From: Magnetococcales bacterium
Lineage (GTDB): Bacteria > Pseudomonadota > Magnetococcia > Magnetococcales > UBA8363
Assembly: GCA_015228925.1 (NCBI GenBank)
Contig: JADGCQ010000007.1
Coordinates: 1,588 to 65,587, forward strand
DNA: 64,000 nucleotides
Direction: 5' to 3'
This document shows, in pieces, positions 10,301 through 22,146 of the stretch (within the stretch, counting starts at the first letter, position 1; every line of letters begins with the position of its first letter). A model generated the notes under the pieces. It was not told the DNA's origin. It saw only the letters and a program-made list of their open reading frames with translations, and searched no databases. The position numbers were made by a program, and so were the translations under genes.

Positions 10301-11415
10301 TCTGGACACAGCGTAGCAACCCAGGCGTGGCAACCCCGCAGGTGGGATGGGACAAGCTCATTTTTATAACTCAACAGTCTGCGTACCCGTTCAGCGGGCA
10401 GACTTTCTGCCATTTTATGGACAAGGAAACGGGCGGCCAGATATTCGGCCATGGTACGGTGATAATAAGCGGCGCGTTCTTGGGCAGGATGGCGGAAGAG
10501 TTTGGTGCGGGCTGCTTCGACAAGGGGCAATTGGGTTTCCGGGAAACGTGTCAGGTCCGGGAATCTCTTTTTTGCGTTGGTGCGTTTGAGAGAGACTCCA
10601 TCCAAGTCGGCGCGTAGGATTGTGGCGCACAGCAACCCGGCGGCCAAAATCAATTGGTCATCTGTGTGGTTGGTTTTCGCCCTGTCATAGTCGTGTTCTT
10701 GCACAAATTCTGAACAGACACTTTCGAAGAGTTCTTTGCGGGTTTCAGGCCATTTCTGACCCTGGGACACCACTTCCAACACCATGTTCAGAAGTTGCGG
10801 GTTGGTGGTCCACTCCGCGATGCCCGATTGCCGTGCTTGTTCCAAGAAGTTCTGTCCATCAAGACCACGGTTGGAGACGATCTCCCGAACCTGGTCTTCG
10901 CTCAGGGGTTCCAGGCGTATGACGACAATCCCTGGAGGAAATTCGTTGTGGAGTTCTTTCTGATCTAAGTGGATGGACCAGTCCGCTGTACGGCAGGAAA
11001 GGCGGAATTTTGGACAGTGAAGATCTTGCAAACGCTCGATGATGGCGTCGAGAACGGTTTTGTCGTTTGCCTTTCCGGCACGTTGTTCGTCCAGCCCGTC
11101 CAGGTAGAGGGTTTTTCCTTCAAGCTTTGTGGAATTGTTCTGACGGCAGAATTTTCGGATGGTCAGACATTCCGCATTTTCTTCTTCGCGGGCAGCCTGG
11201 ATGAAGCTGGTGGTCTTGCCCATCCCCGGTTCGCCGAGAATTACCAGGGCATGTTTGTTAAAAAAATCGGATAAGGGACGTGGTTCGTTCTTTTCTCCCT
11301 GGGGTGGATCCAAGCGGGAAAAGAGGCGTGGGACGATCAGGAGATCATCGGGGAGATTGGAACAGCCCATGCGTGTATCTCGGATATTGTGTTGAATATA
11401 AGCTGCTGAATGCAT
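7378..11415 (-). CDS. STAND/NACHT-like P-loop NTPase (about 1345 aa) with a long helical middle region and a C-terminal PD-(D/E)xK nuclease-like domain; candidate single-gene NLR-type defence protein
   Basis: The ORF track gives 7378..11418 (TTG); the first ATG is at 11415-11413. Walker A ILGEPGMGKTT (nt 11212-11235). Walker B-like TLYLDGLDE. STAND winged-helix-type signature YYHRTMAEYLAARFL. C-terminal RRSDIEVQYLDWNIPIEIKQD gives a D...E-x-K motif (nt 7636-7692). Confidence 0.75.
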   Translation of the reverse strand: MHSAAYIQHNIRDTRMGCSNLPDDLLIVPRLFSRLDPPQGEKNEPRPLSDFFNKHALVILGEPGMGKTTSFIQAAREEENAECLTIRKFCRQNNSTKLEGKTLYLDGLDEQRAGKANDKTVLDAIIERLQDLHCPKFRLSCRTADWSIHLDQKELHNEFPPGIVVIRLEPLSEDQVREIVSNRGLDGQNFLEQARQSGIAEWTTNPQLLNMVLEVVSQGQKWPETRKELFESVCSEFVQEHDYDRAKTNHTDDQLILAAGLLCATILRADLDGVSLKRTNAKKRFPDLTRFPETQLPLVEAARTKLFRHPAQERAAYYHRTMAEYLAARFLVHKMAESLPAERVRRLLSYKNELVPSHLRGCHAWVATLCPEPTISLFLRTDPMGLALYGDTASLSPSRKKDLLDCFFDLAKENPWFRGGYWEGYPLGRMADPLFKDRFEAILSGLQPERSHLIFTILDIMQYGKVFFVSPEILLTFIRNPAIPSHFRSRAASVFLTHCSYRLDDLKPILEGLGDHKNPENDLELRAVLLEALYPAKLTLQEIKRFLVPPRDGTIGSLSLAHDLVKMTPDEQLPTLVDILDDIKCEYELYESESNWHSLAEIALARSLEQHGEHVPVETLYLWLRVGTGRFGIPNIDVQDNQDAIRVKNWLHFHPEKIKSLFLLFLQRTVAKDLGKHTYYFWGMMRSWTVPIWFPEWCLKLATEDQYDSISVTLFRIGISELLRKQPERSYERAFALVEKYPKFEKCLDLYLYCDLYSHGWEFRQKNNSKTKTEKDKLVTDLSNRLPGIRNGSDFGAIFGLSQIYQGWFTGANTKIQPHQRLIEETSSEIAQAAEEGFVQFLTNHSLPTPEEIGKISIENRRYNIALAVLSALDFNLCASDTVWSSAIAFRLSEAYDDDHPAWFNKILTTLPDIAANACKEFWLPQLQAGIDHVNRLFALSSNEMWSGIAQRVAIPLLEECPELKGSHLSHLLIAALMWGDRSALTSLTICRCKMDQTPGWPQWAAVAYILEKCEWSEIKPVLSQNENYASDFFGFIFNVFYPQKVERVKKIPGIVLKIKNAEDLLNFYGKIYPPVEFGKIENDQKFFKSQRIVTLIDEIAEKMSSDATDALQRLIDHKDLSAWGDRLRYALSQHRHKMADESFEALGWKEVINVVTGNVPATASDFHALVVDQIRTIAKELRDKKTDGYKTYWNTEGRHNQPTNPKVEDNSRDRLVDSLQHKLASFPGLRVEPEVRHAGGRRSDIEVQYLDWNIPIEIKQDSNQKLWNAIEDQLISYMQDQKTGVYGIYLVIWYGKRENGPKLPPTPQELENSLRETIPNEYRNSIEVIVLDVSTRSQSPKKGH

Positions 11416-11912
11416 CAAGTTTTATTATCGGGTTTAAAGCGCAGGGCCAGCCCGTTGTTGCACCATCGTTGCAAGGTTGGCGGTGGGCCATCGTCGAAGA
11501 GGTGGCCTTGGTGACCTCCGCAACGGGCGCAGTGGTACTCGGTGCGGGGGAAAAAAAATTTAAAATCGGTTTTTTGGGCGAGGCGGTGGGGAATGGCGGT
11601 GGTAAAACTGGGCCAGCCGGTGCCGCTGTCATATTTCATGGCGGAGGTGAATAAGGCCAAATCACAACCGGCACAACAATAAATACCATCGCGTTTTTCA
11701 TGGTTGAGCGGGCTGGAGAATGGTCGTTCCGTCCCTTCCTGGCGCAAAATTTCATACACCTCGGCACTCAGGATTTTTTTCCATTCCGCATCATCCTTGA
11801 GGATCGGATCCAGGCTTTGCTGCTCCCAGGGGGCAGCAAACGGGTGGGTGGTTGCGACCAGAAGGCCGCCGCATGTGGTGAAAAAACGGATCAGAAATAA
11901 GCGTCGGTTCAT
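11415..11912 (-). CDS. msrB: Peptide-methionine (R)-S-oxide reductase MsrB, exported form
   Basis: Tat/Sec-like leader MNRRLFLIRFFTTCGGLLVA. SelR blocks CAGCDLALF, GWPSF and YHCARCGGHQGHLFDDGP. Confidence 0.9.
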   Translation of the reverse strand: MNRRLFLIRFFTTCGGLLVATTHPFAAPWEQQSLDPILKDDAEWKKILSAEVYEILRQEGTERPFSSPLNHEKRDGIYCCAGCDLALFTSAMKYDSGTGWPSFTTAIPHRLAQKTDFKFFFPRTEYHCARCGGHQGHLFDDGPPPTLQRWCNNGLALRFKPDNKT

Positions 11913-12562
11913 CGGGCGATCCCCTTGATCAGCAGATTGGAATCATAACCATCCCAGAGAGATTTTAATCGATTGTCTCGTCCACAACTGAAACGATAAT
12001 ATTGATAGCGCAGTGGATTTTTATGGTGATAATCCTGGTGACTCTCTTCTGCGGGGTAGAAGGTTTTGGCGTCGGTAATGGCGACCGCAACCGACTCCTG
12101 GAAAGGTTTGGACTGTTGTAACTGGCGCAACGTGGTTTCGGCAGCCAGCCTTTGGGCTGGGGTGTGAACGAAAATCTCCGGTCGGTACTGGTCGCCATGG
12201 TCACAAAATTGGCCGTGCGCGGTGGTGGGATCAATGTTGATCCAAAATTGGCGCAAGAGATCGGCATAACGGACTTGGTGTTCGTCATAAACCACCTGGA
12301 CCGCCTCGGTATGACCGGTTCCGCCGGATGATACTTGGTGGTAGGTGGGATTGGCAAGCGTGCCGCCACAATAGCCGGAGGTGGTGGCAAGAACCCCAGG
12401 TATGGCGTCAAACAATGCTTCCACGCACCAAAAACACCCTCCGGCAAAGGTGGCGATGGCTTTGTTCTCGGCAAAGGGTGACCGTATCCCGATTGACGCA
12501 AGACAAAGTGATGATAACAGAATGACCGAACAAAATTTAAAGAAAATTTTCATGGTTTGCAT
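11909..12562 (-). CDS. msrA: Peptide-methionine (S)-S-oxide reductase MsrA, exported form
   Basis: Signal peptide, then the catalytic block FAGGCFWCVEALF and GHTEAVQVVYD. ATGA start/stop overlap with msrB. Confidence 0.9.
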   Translation of the reverse strand: MQTMKIFFKFCSVILLSSLCLASIGIRSPFAENKAIATFAGGCFWCVEALFDAIPGVLATTSGYCGGTLANPTYHQVSSGGTGHTEAVQVVYDEHQVRYADLLRQFWINIDPTTAHGQFCDHGDQYRPEIFVHTPAQRLAAETTLRQLQQSKPFQESVAVAITDAKTFYPAEESHQDYHHKNPLRYQYYRFSCGRDNRLKSLWDGYDSNLLIKGIAR

Positions 12563-13673
12563 GGATCCGAATGGGGGTGGCGGGATTGTGATGATCGTCT
12601 TCCAGGTTGAAATAAGGGAGTGTCAGTTGCCGCCAAGTTCCGGGAGCATTTTGGCAGGGACCGGATAGGGTGATCCCCAAGAGCCGTACCCCCCTGGGTG
12701 GAATCGCAATACGGCGAAATAAAAGTCTTGCGATGGCCATCATTTCTGCCGCATCCATGATGGGGCGGTCGCTGGTGCGGCTACGGGTCACCTGCCGAAA
12801 ATCGGCAAATTTGATCTTCAACGTCAGCGTCTTGCCGGAAAAATGGCATTTTTCCATGCGTCGCACGACTTCATGGACAATAAATTCCAACCGCGCCAAC
12901 AGTGCGTCGGGGTCGCGAAGATCTTGCTCAAAGGTATCCTCCGTCCCCACCGAGTGGCGTTCCCGGCTGGGATCCACGGGCCGATCATCCTGATTGCGCA
13001 CAATCTGGTAATAAAACCGACCTGTTTTTCCAAAGGCAGTTTCCAGTTCCACCAAGGGCCGACGCAATAAATCGGCCCCCGTTTTGATCCCCATGGCGTG
13101 CATTTTGGTGGCGGTGACCTTGCCGACCCCATAAAATTTTTCGATGGGTAACGTGGCGATGAACGACGATGCCTGTTGCGGCGCAATCAACGTGAAACCA
13201 TCGGGTTTGTTCATGTCCGAGGCCACCTTGGCGAGAAATTTATTGATGCTGACACCCGCCGATGCGGTCAGGCCCGTTTGTTGGCGAATCCGGGCACGAA
13301 TCTCCTGTGCCACCATGGACGCAGAAACCATCCCCTTTTTGTTGGTGGTGACATCCAGGAAGGCTTCATCCAATGAAAGCGGTTCCATCAAATCGGTATA
13401 TTCCAGGAAGATGGCCTGAATTTGTTGGGATACCGCCTTGTAGGCGGCCATCCTGGGGGGGACGACGATCAGGTTTGGGCATTGGGCCAAGGCTTTTTGC
13501 ATGGCCATGGCGGAACGAACGCCAAATTTTCGCGCCTCATAACTGGCGGCGGCGACGACACCGCGGGCACTCCTCCCCCCGACCACCAGGGGATGGCCAC
13601 GAAAGGCGGGGTTGTCCCTTTGCTCTACCGAAGCATAAAAAGCGTCCATGTCGATATGGATGATTTTGCGCAT
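12537..13673 (-). CDS. dinB: DNA polymerase IV (Y-family)
   Basis: MRKIIHIDMDAFYASVEQRDNP, SLDEAFLDVT and GVGKVTATKM. The ORF track extends to 13721, but the MRKIIHIDMD start matches the usual DinB N-terminus. Confidence 0.9.
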   Translation of the reverse strand: MRKIIHIDMDAFYASVEQRDNPAFRGHPLVVGGRSARGVVAAASYEARKFGVRSAMAMQKALAQCPNLIVVPPRMAAYKAVSQQIQAIFLEYTDLMEPLSLDEAFLDVTTNKKGMVSASMVAQEIRARIRQQTGLTASAGVSINKFLAKVASDMNKPDGFTLIAPQQASSFIATLPIEKFYGVGKVTATKMHAMGIKTGADLLRRPLVELETAFGKTGRFYYQIVRNQDDRPVDPSRERHSVGTEDTFEQDLRDPDALLARLEFIVHEVVRRMEKCHFSGKTLTLKIKFADFRQVTRSRTSDRPIMDAAEMMAIARLLFRRIAIPPRGVRLLGITLSGPCQNAPGTWRQLTLPYFNLEDDHHNPATPIRIHANHENFL

Positions 13674-13948
13674 GACATCCGGCCCCGTTCCATGACACGC
13701 ATGAAGCAAAAAAAAGATCATAAACGCTCCGTCTCTTTTTTCACAAGAAGCTTGTCAGCCGTTTCTGTCCAAACAGGCGTCCTTTTTATCCCCGCGAGCA
13801 TTTTCCGGGAATTGAAATGAAAGGGGTGGGCAAGGGGGGGAAAATCGGGTAGAATTTGGGGTTCGATAACCAGTAGCTTTGATTCATCCAAATACCTGTG
13901 GCCAATCCTGGCCTAAAAACCGATTGCCTAAAGAATATTGAAGAGCTT

Positions 13949-16771
<2,823 letters not shown>

Positions 16772-16774
16772 GCC

Positions 16775-18067
16775 GTGTTGGATATCAAGCAGATTCGTGA
16801 GCAGCCGCAGTGGGTTGAAGACCGTCTGAAAAGGCGGGGAGGTAAGATTGACCTGTCTGGTTTTCACGCTTCCGAGGCCCGATTGCGCGAGATTCGCGTG
16901 GAGACGGAAAAACTTCAGGCGCGTCGCAATGAGATTTCAACGGAAATTGGCCGTCGCAAAGCGGTCAAGCAGGATATTACCGAGCTTTTCGAGGAAATGA
17001 AAACCTTGGGTCCGGCGTTGAAAAATCTTGAGAACCAATTGCGGGAGCAAGAACGTCTTGTTGAAGCGACGCTGGTGGTGATTCCCAATCTTCCTGAAGA
17101 TTCGGTTCCAGAGGGGCGGGATGAGCGGGATAATGTGGTGTTGCGGTATTGGCCGGAGGAAAAGAGTCTGGCGCAGCATTCTTTTCAACCCAAGCCCCAT
17201 TGGGAAATTGGCGAGGCGTTGGGTATTCTTGATTTTGAGGCGGGTACGCAGATTGCGGGGACACGGTTTACCGTCCTCCGGGGTGCGGGTGCGCGGTTGT
17301 CGCGGGCTTTGATCAATTTTATGTTGGATCTCCATACGGGTGAGCATGGTTACACCGAAATTATGCCACCCTTGTTGGCGAATGATCGGACTTTGTTTGG
17401 TACGGGGCAACTGCCTAAATTTGAGGAAGATTTGTTTGCCTGTCGTGACAATCCCTTGTTTTTAATTCCCACCGCCGAGGTTCCCCTGACCAATCTGGTT
17501 GCCGATCAGATTTTGGATGAAAAACAATTGCCCATGCAGATGACCGCTTGGACAACTTGTTTTCGCCGTGAGGCGGGGGCGGCGGGTAAGGATACCCGTG
17601 GGTTGATCCGCCAGCATCAGTTTGACAAGGTTGAGCTGGTCTGGATTACCCGCCCGGAGGAGAGTGGTGCCGCACTGGAACGGTTGACGGGCCATGCCGA
17701 GGAGGTATTGAAACGTTTGGAATTGCCGTTTCGGACGGTGAGCTTGTGTGCTGGGGATATGGGGTTTTCCGCTGCCAAGACCTATGATTTGGAGGTTTGG
17801 TTACCGGGGCAGGGGTGTTATCGGGAGATTTCTTCGTGTTCCAACACCCAGGCGTTCCAGGCGAGACGGATGAAGGCCCGTTTTCGTCGGGGTGGCGAGA
17901 AAAAGACCGAACTTGTGCATACGTTGAATGGATCTGGTGTTGCGGTGGGACGTACTTTGGTTGCTATTTTGGAAAATGGTCAGCAGGCGGATGGCAGTGT
18001 GGTGATCCCCAAGGCGTTGCGACCTTTTATGGGGGGGATGGAGGTGATTACCCCTCAGGCTGTTTGA
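16775..18067 (+). CDS. serS: Seryl-tRNA synthetase
   Basis: [15 protein letters not shown]-terminus (GTG start). Class II motifs [23 protein letters not shown] and [17 protein letters not shown]. Confidence 0.95.
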   Translation: MLDIKQIREQPQWVEDRLKRRGGKIDLSGFHASEARLREIRVETEKLQARRNEISTEIGRRKAVKQDITELFEEMKTLGPALKNLENQLREQERLVEATLVVIPNLPEDSVPEGRDERDNVVLRYWPEEKSLAQHSFQPKPHWEIGEALGILDFEAGTQIAGTRFTVLRGAGARLSRALINFMLDLHTGEHGYTEIMPPLLANDRTLFGTGQLPKFEEDLFACRDNPLFLIPTAEVPLTNLVADQILDEKQLPMQMTAWTTCFRREAGAAGKDTRGLIRQHQFDKVELVWITRPEESGAALERLTGHAEEVLKRLELPFRTVSLCAGDMGFSAAKTYDLEVWLPGQGCYREISSCSNTQAFQARRMKARFRRGGEKKTELVHTLNGSGVAVGRTLVAILENGQQADGSVVIPKALRPFMGGMEVITPQAV

Positions 18068-18173
18068 TTTGCAATAAATCCGCGTGATTGCGGAGCAAAG
18101 CTTTTGTTTGAAGAAAGCGGATTTCAACAAGGTGGGGCATTTAAAAATCGAAAACATGACAAAGGGGTAAAAA

Positions 18174-18434
18174 ATGAAAAAAATCCTTGGTGCTGTGACT
18201 GGTTTGGTGCTGACGTTTGGTCTTTCTTCCGTTGCTTTGGCCCAGGATGTGGTTATCCATCCTGCGGTTGCCGGTGTGATGGTGCAGCCTGTTTCTCAGG
18301 GGACGCAACAGATGGTGATCATTCCTGTGGTTGACGAGTCACACGGTCATTTTCTGGGGCGTTCTCACTATCAAAGATACCACCACCACCATGGTTTTCT
18401 CAGCCATCTTTTTGGCAGTGCCGAGCATTGGTAG
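18174..18434 (+). CDS. Small secreted His-rich protein (hypothetical)
   Basis: Sec signal peptide MKKILGAVTGLVLTFGLSSVALAQD. C-terminal SHGHFLGRSHYQRYHHHHGFLSHLFGSAEHW. Followed by a hairpin. Confidence 0.5.
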   Translation: MKKILGAVTGLVLTFGLSSVALAQDVVIHPAVAGVMVQPVSQGTQQMVIIPVVDESHGHFLGRSHYQRYHHHHGFLSHLFGSAEHW

Positions 18435-18454
18435 ACAATGCCGGAAGGTCGATC

Positions 18455-18478
18455 AAAGGGGTCTTTCGAGACCCCTTT
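18455..18478 (+). terminator. Perfect 9-bp hairpin after the small His-rich ORF
   Basis: aaaggggtc / tttcga / gaccccttt, 21 nt after the stop codon. Confidence 0.45.
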
Positions 18479-18582
18479 AGCTTTGGTAAAGAACTACTTT
18501 GAGATTTATAATTTAAAGAAACATCGCGATGGTTTTGCGGGTGGCCCCCTTGAACATCACCATAAGTCATTTAAATCACTCT

Positions 18583-19182
18583 CTAGGCCGTGTTCCCACT
18601 GTGTTGGATCTGGCCTTGTAGAAACCATTTGGCAAAAACGCTGGTCTGACCCATATCTTCGGCAACATGGTGGGCTTCCAGGGCATCTTTATCGGTAATG
18701 TCATAGCCGCTGTGAACCAACACCAAATGACCGACACCCGCCTGACGCGCCGCTTGAATGTCGCTGAGTTTATCCCCGACCATGATGGAATGGGATAAAT
18801 CAATCTGATGTCGCTCCGACGCATCGAGGATCATCCCTGGCTGGGGTTTGCGACAGGAACATTGCAGACGATACTGGGGAATGAGGGCTTTGGGATGATG
18901 GGGGCAGTAAAATACGTCGGTGAGCGCAATACCCGCTTCGAGGAAACGTGCGGTCATCCAGCGGTTCAGATGGTGAAAATCATCCTCGGTGTAATACCCC
19001 CGGGCAATGCCCGACTGGTTGGTCACAACAATCAGGGCATAGCCGGCATCCTGAAACAGGCGGCATGTGTCAAACAAATGGGGGATGAATATAAAATCTT
19101 CTATCTTATAAAGATAATTGACCTCTTTGTTGATCACCCCATCGCGGTCCAGAAACAAAGCGGGTCGTTTCCTGTTGGTCAT
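18583..19182 (-). CDS. gmhB: D,D-heptose 1,7-bisphosphate phosphatase-like HAD phosphatase
   Basis: HAD motif I FLDRDGVINK. Zn-binding pattern YCPHHP...CSCRKPQPGM, typical of GmhB/HisB-N. MVGDKLSDIQAA. Confidence 0.7.
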   Translation of the reverse strand: MTNRKRPALFLDRDGVINKEVNYLYKIEDFIFIPHLFDTCRLFQDAGYALIVVTNQSGIARGYYTEDDFHHLNRWMTARFLEAGIALTDVFYCPHHPKALIPQYRLQCSCRKPQPGMILDASERHQIDLSHSIMVGDKLSDIQAARQAGVGHLVLVHSGYDITDKDALEAHHVAEDMGQTSVFAKWFLQGQIQHSGNTA

Positions 19183-19417
19183 GGCAAAAAAATACTCCGT
19201 GCGGAGGAAATGTCCTGGAAAGTTCGCGTCGCATTATAGACATGAGCCGCCCGGTTGCAAATGGATGGTCCGGCAAAAGGGGGATTAAAGAGGGTGGGTC
19301 TCGTTAAATAGCGTTGCCAAATCGCTCATTTTAGGATACTAGAATCGTCGGCATCCGAAATCAAATGTGAACACAATGTTTTTCTTGCTCCTACAAGCTT
19401 GATCAGGGGGGAATCTC

Positions 19418-20158
19418 ATGGCTGCAACGGCAAAACCACCGCGTATTCTGGCCATGACCCTGGCGAGGGGCGGATCCAAAAGCGTACCCCGTAAAAATAT
19501 TGCCCCCATACTCGGCATCCCCTTGATCGCGTACACCATTGGCGAAGCTAAAAAAAGTACGTTGATCACCCACTATGTGGTCTCCACCGATGATGTGGAG
19601 ATCCAACAGGTGGCCATCGCGTATGGTGCCGAGGCCCCCTTTCTACGACCGGCACACTTGGCCAGCGATACCGCCAATTCCCGTGATCCCATGCAACATG
19701 CGGTTACCTGGATGGAGGGGCGTGAAGGGCAACCTTATGATTATGTGATCGAATTGATGGCAACCAATCCCATGAAAACGGTGGAGGATATCGATGGTTG
19801 TCTGAAAAAACTTATCGAGACCGGTGCCGATTCGGTGATCGCCGTGCATGAATTGCAAGATCATCACCCCATGCGCATCAAAAAAATTGTTGATGATCGT
19901 ATTGTTGATTTTTGTGTTCCCGAACCGCCGAACGCCCGCCGTCAGGATCTGTTGCCCAAAGCCTACATCCGTAGTGGGGCTATCTATGCCATGCGGCGTG
20001 ACCATTTGATGGTGGAGAATTGTCGTTACGGTTCGTCCAACAGCCGCCCCTGGTTTTTATCCGCAGAAAGGGCTGTCAATGTCGATTCCATGGCCGATTT
20101 TTATTTGGCCGAAATTTTACTGAAACAACGCCAGGAGGGTGCAGGATGCGTATCTTGA
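19418..20158 (+). CDS. Acylneuraminate (nonulosonic acid) cytidylyltransferase family protein (CMP-sugar synthetase)
   Basis: ILAMTLARGGSKSVPRKNI... and ATNPM are typical of the CMP-NeuAc/Pse/Leg synthetase family. Confidence 0.8.
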   Translation: MAATAKPPRILAMTLARGGSKSVPRKNIAPILGIPLIAYTIGEAKKSTLITHYVVSTDDVEIQQVAIAYGAEAPFLRPAHLASDTANSRDPMQHAVTWMEGREGQPYDYVIELMATNPMKTVEDIDGCLKKLIETGADSVIAVHELQDHHPMRIKKIVDDRIVDFCVPEPPNARRQDLLPKAYIRSGAIYAMRRDHLMVENCRYGSSNSRPWFLSAERAVNVDSMADFYLAEILLKQRQEGAGCVS

Positions 20159-20883
20159 AAAGAAACATTTCGGTTGTCGGATTGGTCGCCATGTGTGCAT
20201 TGCCTTCCCTGGCATGGTCTGAAGATCCTGCCCCGACGGCGGCACCTGCGACGATGGATCAACAGGCTAAGTTTAGCTACCTTCTGGGTTGGCGCATGGC
20301 TTCCGAACTGGAAAATTTTCCCATGAAGCTAGATCCCAAGGCGTTGATGCAGGCGATACAGGATCGGATGGCGGGAAGTCCTCCGAAAATAGATAAGGTG
20401 GAGATGGAAAAGGTCCGCATGGAGATGATGGCCTCATTCCAAAAGGAAAAAGCGCGGCAGGTGGAAGAGTTGGGCGGCAAAAATCGGGCCGCAGGTCAGG
20501 CGTTCATGGCGGAGAACGCAAAAAAACCGGGGGTCATGACAACCCCCAGCGGTCTGCAATATCAGGTGTTGGTCGAGGGCAAAGGGGGCAAACCCAAGGC
20601 GACCGATCAGGTGACGGTCCATTATCGGGGTACCTTGTTGGATGGTACCGAGTTTGATAGTTCCATCAAGCGTGGCCAGCCGACGACGTTTCCTTTGGAC
20701 AAGGTGATCGCTGGTTGGACGGAAGGGTTGCAGTTGATGGCGCAAGGGGCCAAATACAAACTGTTTGTCCCTCCTCAACTGGCCTATGGCAAAATGGGGT
20801 CGGGAGGGGTCATTGGACCTGAGGCGACGTTGATCTTCGAGGTGGAATTGTTGGAAATCCAACCCGCTCAATCGACCCCATGA
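20146..20883 (+). CDS. FKBP-type peptidyl-prolyl cis-trans isomerase, periplasmic (FkpA/Mip-like)
   Basis: The ATG at 20146 gives the signal peptide MRILKRNISVVGLVAMCALPSLAWS. FKBP block VTVHYRGTLLDGTEFDSS...VIAGWTEGLQLM...LIFEVELLEI. The upstream part of the tracked ORF overlaps the previous gene. Confidence 0.85.
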   Translation: MRILKRNISVVGLVAMCALPSLAWSEDPAPTAAPATMDQQAKFSYLLGWRMASELENFPMKLDPKALMQAIQDRMAGSPPKIDKVEMEKVRMEMMASFQKEKARQVEELGGKNRAAGQAFMAENAKKPGVMTTPSGLQYQVLVEGKGGKPKATDQVTVHYRGTLLDGTEFDSSIKRGQPTTFPLDKVIAGWTEGLQLMAQGAKYKLFVPPQLAYGKMGSGGVIGPEATLIFEVELLEIQPAQSTP

Positions 20884-20919
20884 TGATTCGGGTACGTTAT
20901 CCCCGGATGGAGACTATAA

Positions 20920-22122
20920 ATGGTGATTCTATCTCAACGCATTCAAAAGGTTAAACCTTCCGCAACACTGCAAATCACGGCCAAGGCCAAGGAGTTGCGT
21001 GCCCAGGGGAAAAATGTCATCGGATTGGGGGCTGGAGAGCCTGATTTTGATACCCCAGAGCATATCAAAGATGCCGCTGTTACGGCGTTGCGTGCCGGTT
21101 TTACCAAATACACCCCTGTGGATGGCATTCCTGAATTAAAGAAAGCCATCGTTGGTAAAATGCAACGAGATCACAACCTGTCTTACGGCGTTGATGAGGT
21201 GTTGGTCACGGCTGGGGGTAAACAGGCTTTTTTTAATATGGCGTTGGCCTTGCTGGATCCGGGTGATGAGGTGATCATACCGGCCCCCTATTGGGTCTCC
21301 TATCCCGATATGACCTTGGTGGCTGATGGCAAGCCGGTGATTGTGGATACCGAGGAGGCGGATGGATTTAAATTAAAACCGGAAAGATTGGCTGCCGCCA
21401 TCACGCCAAAGACCCGTTTTGTGGTGATCAACTCCCCTTCCAATCCGACGGGAGCCGCCTATTCCGTCGATGAGTTGGCAAAGATCGCCGAAGTCATCCG
21501 GCCCCATCCCCACGTTTGGGTGGTGACGGACGATATTTATGAACAAATTGTCTACGGCGGATTTCACCAATCCAACATTGTCGCCGTAGCCCCGTTTCTT
21601 AAGGACCGGACCCTTTTGTTGAATGGTGTTTCCAAGACCTATTCCATGACGGGGTGGCGTATCGGTTATGCCGTGGGGCCACGCGATGCCATCAAGGCCA
21701 TGGGCAAGGTTCAGGAGCAAAGCACCTCCTGCGCCACCTCCATCTCCCAGAAAGCGGCTGCCGCAGCCATATCGGGGGATCAAAGCTGTATTCAACCCAT
21801 GCTTCAGGCATTTTCCGAACGCCGCGACTTTGTTGTTCAGGCTTTGAATGCGATTCCCGGTATCCATTGCAACACACCGGAAGGGGCCTTTTATGTTTTT
21901 CCCAACGTGGCGGGTTTGATGGGGAAGAAGACCTCTCAGGGCAAGCTGATTCAAAACAGCATGGATTTGGCGGATCATCTGTTGAACGATTGGGAGGTCG
22001 CTTTGGTCCCCGGTTCCGCGTTTGGCAAGGATCCTTTTGTTCGGATTTCTTTTGCCATCTCTATGGACGACCTCAAAGAGGCGATGAAACGAATCGCGCG
22101 GGCGGCACGAGAGCTTGTGTAA
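20920..22122 (+). CDS. Class I pyridoxal-phosphate aminotransferase (aspartate/prephenate aminotransferase-like)
   Basis: NPSNPTGAAY and the SKTYSMTGWRIGY PLP-lysine block. 400 aa. Confidence 0.9.
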   Translation: MVILSQRIQKVKPSATLQITAKAKELRAQGKNVIGLGAGEPDFDTPEHIKDAAVTALRAGFTKYTPVDGIPELKKAIVGKMQRDHNLSYGVDEVLVTAGGKQAFFNMALALLDPGDEVIIPAPYWVSYPDMTLVADGKPVIVDTEEADGFKLKPERLAAAITPKTRFVVINSPSNPTGAAYSVDELAKIAEVIRPHPHVWVVTDDIYEQIVYGGFHQSNIVAVAPFLKDRTLLLNGVSKTYSMTGWRIGYAVGPRDAIKAMGKVQEQSTSCATSISQKAAAAAISGDQSCIQPMLQAFSERRDFVVQALNAIPGIHCNTPEGAFYVFPNVAGLMGKKTSQGKLIQNSMDLADHLLNDWEVALVPGSAFGKDPFVRISFAISMDDLKEAMKRIARAARELV

Positions 22123-22146
22123 TCCTGAATGTGTGTGGAAAATAAA

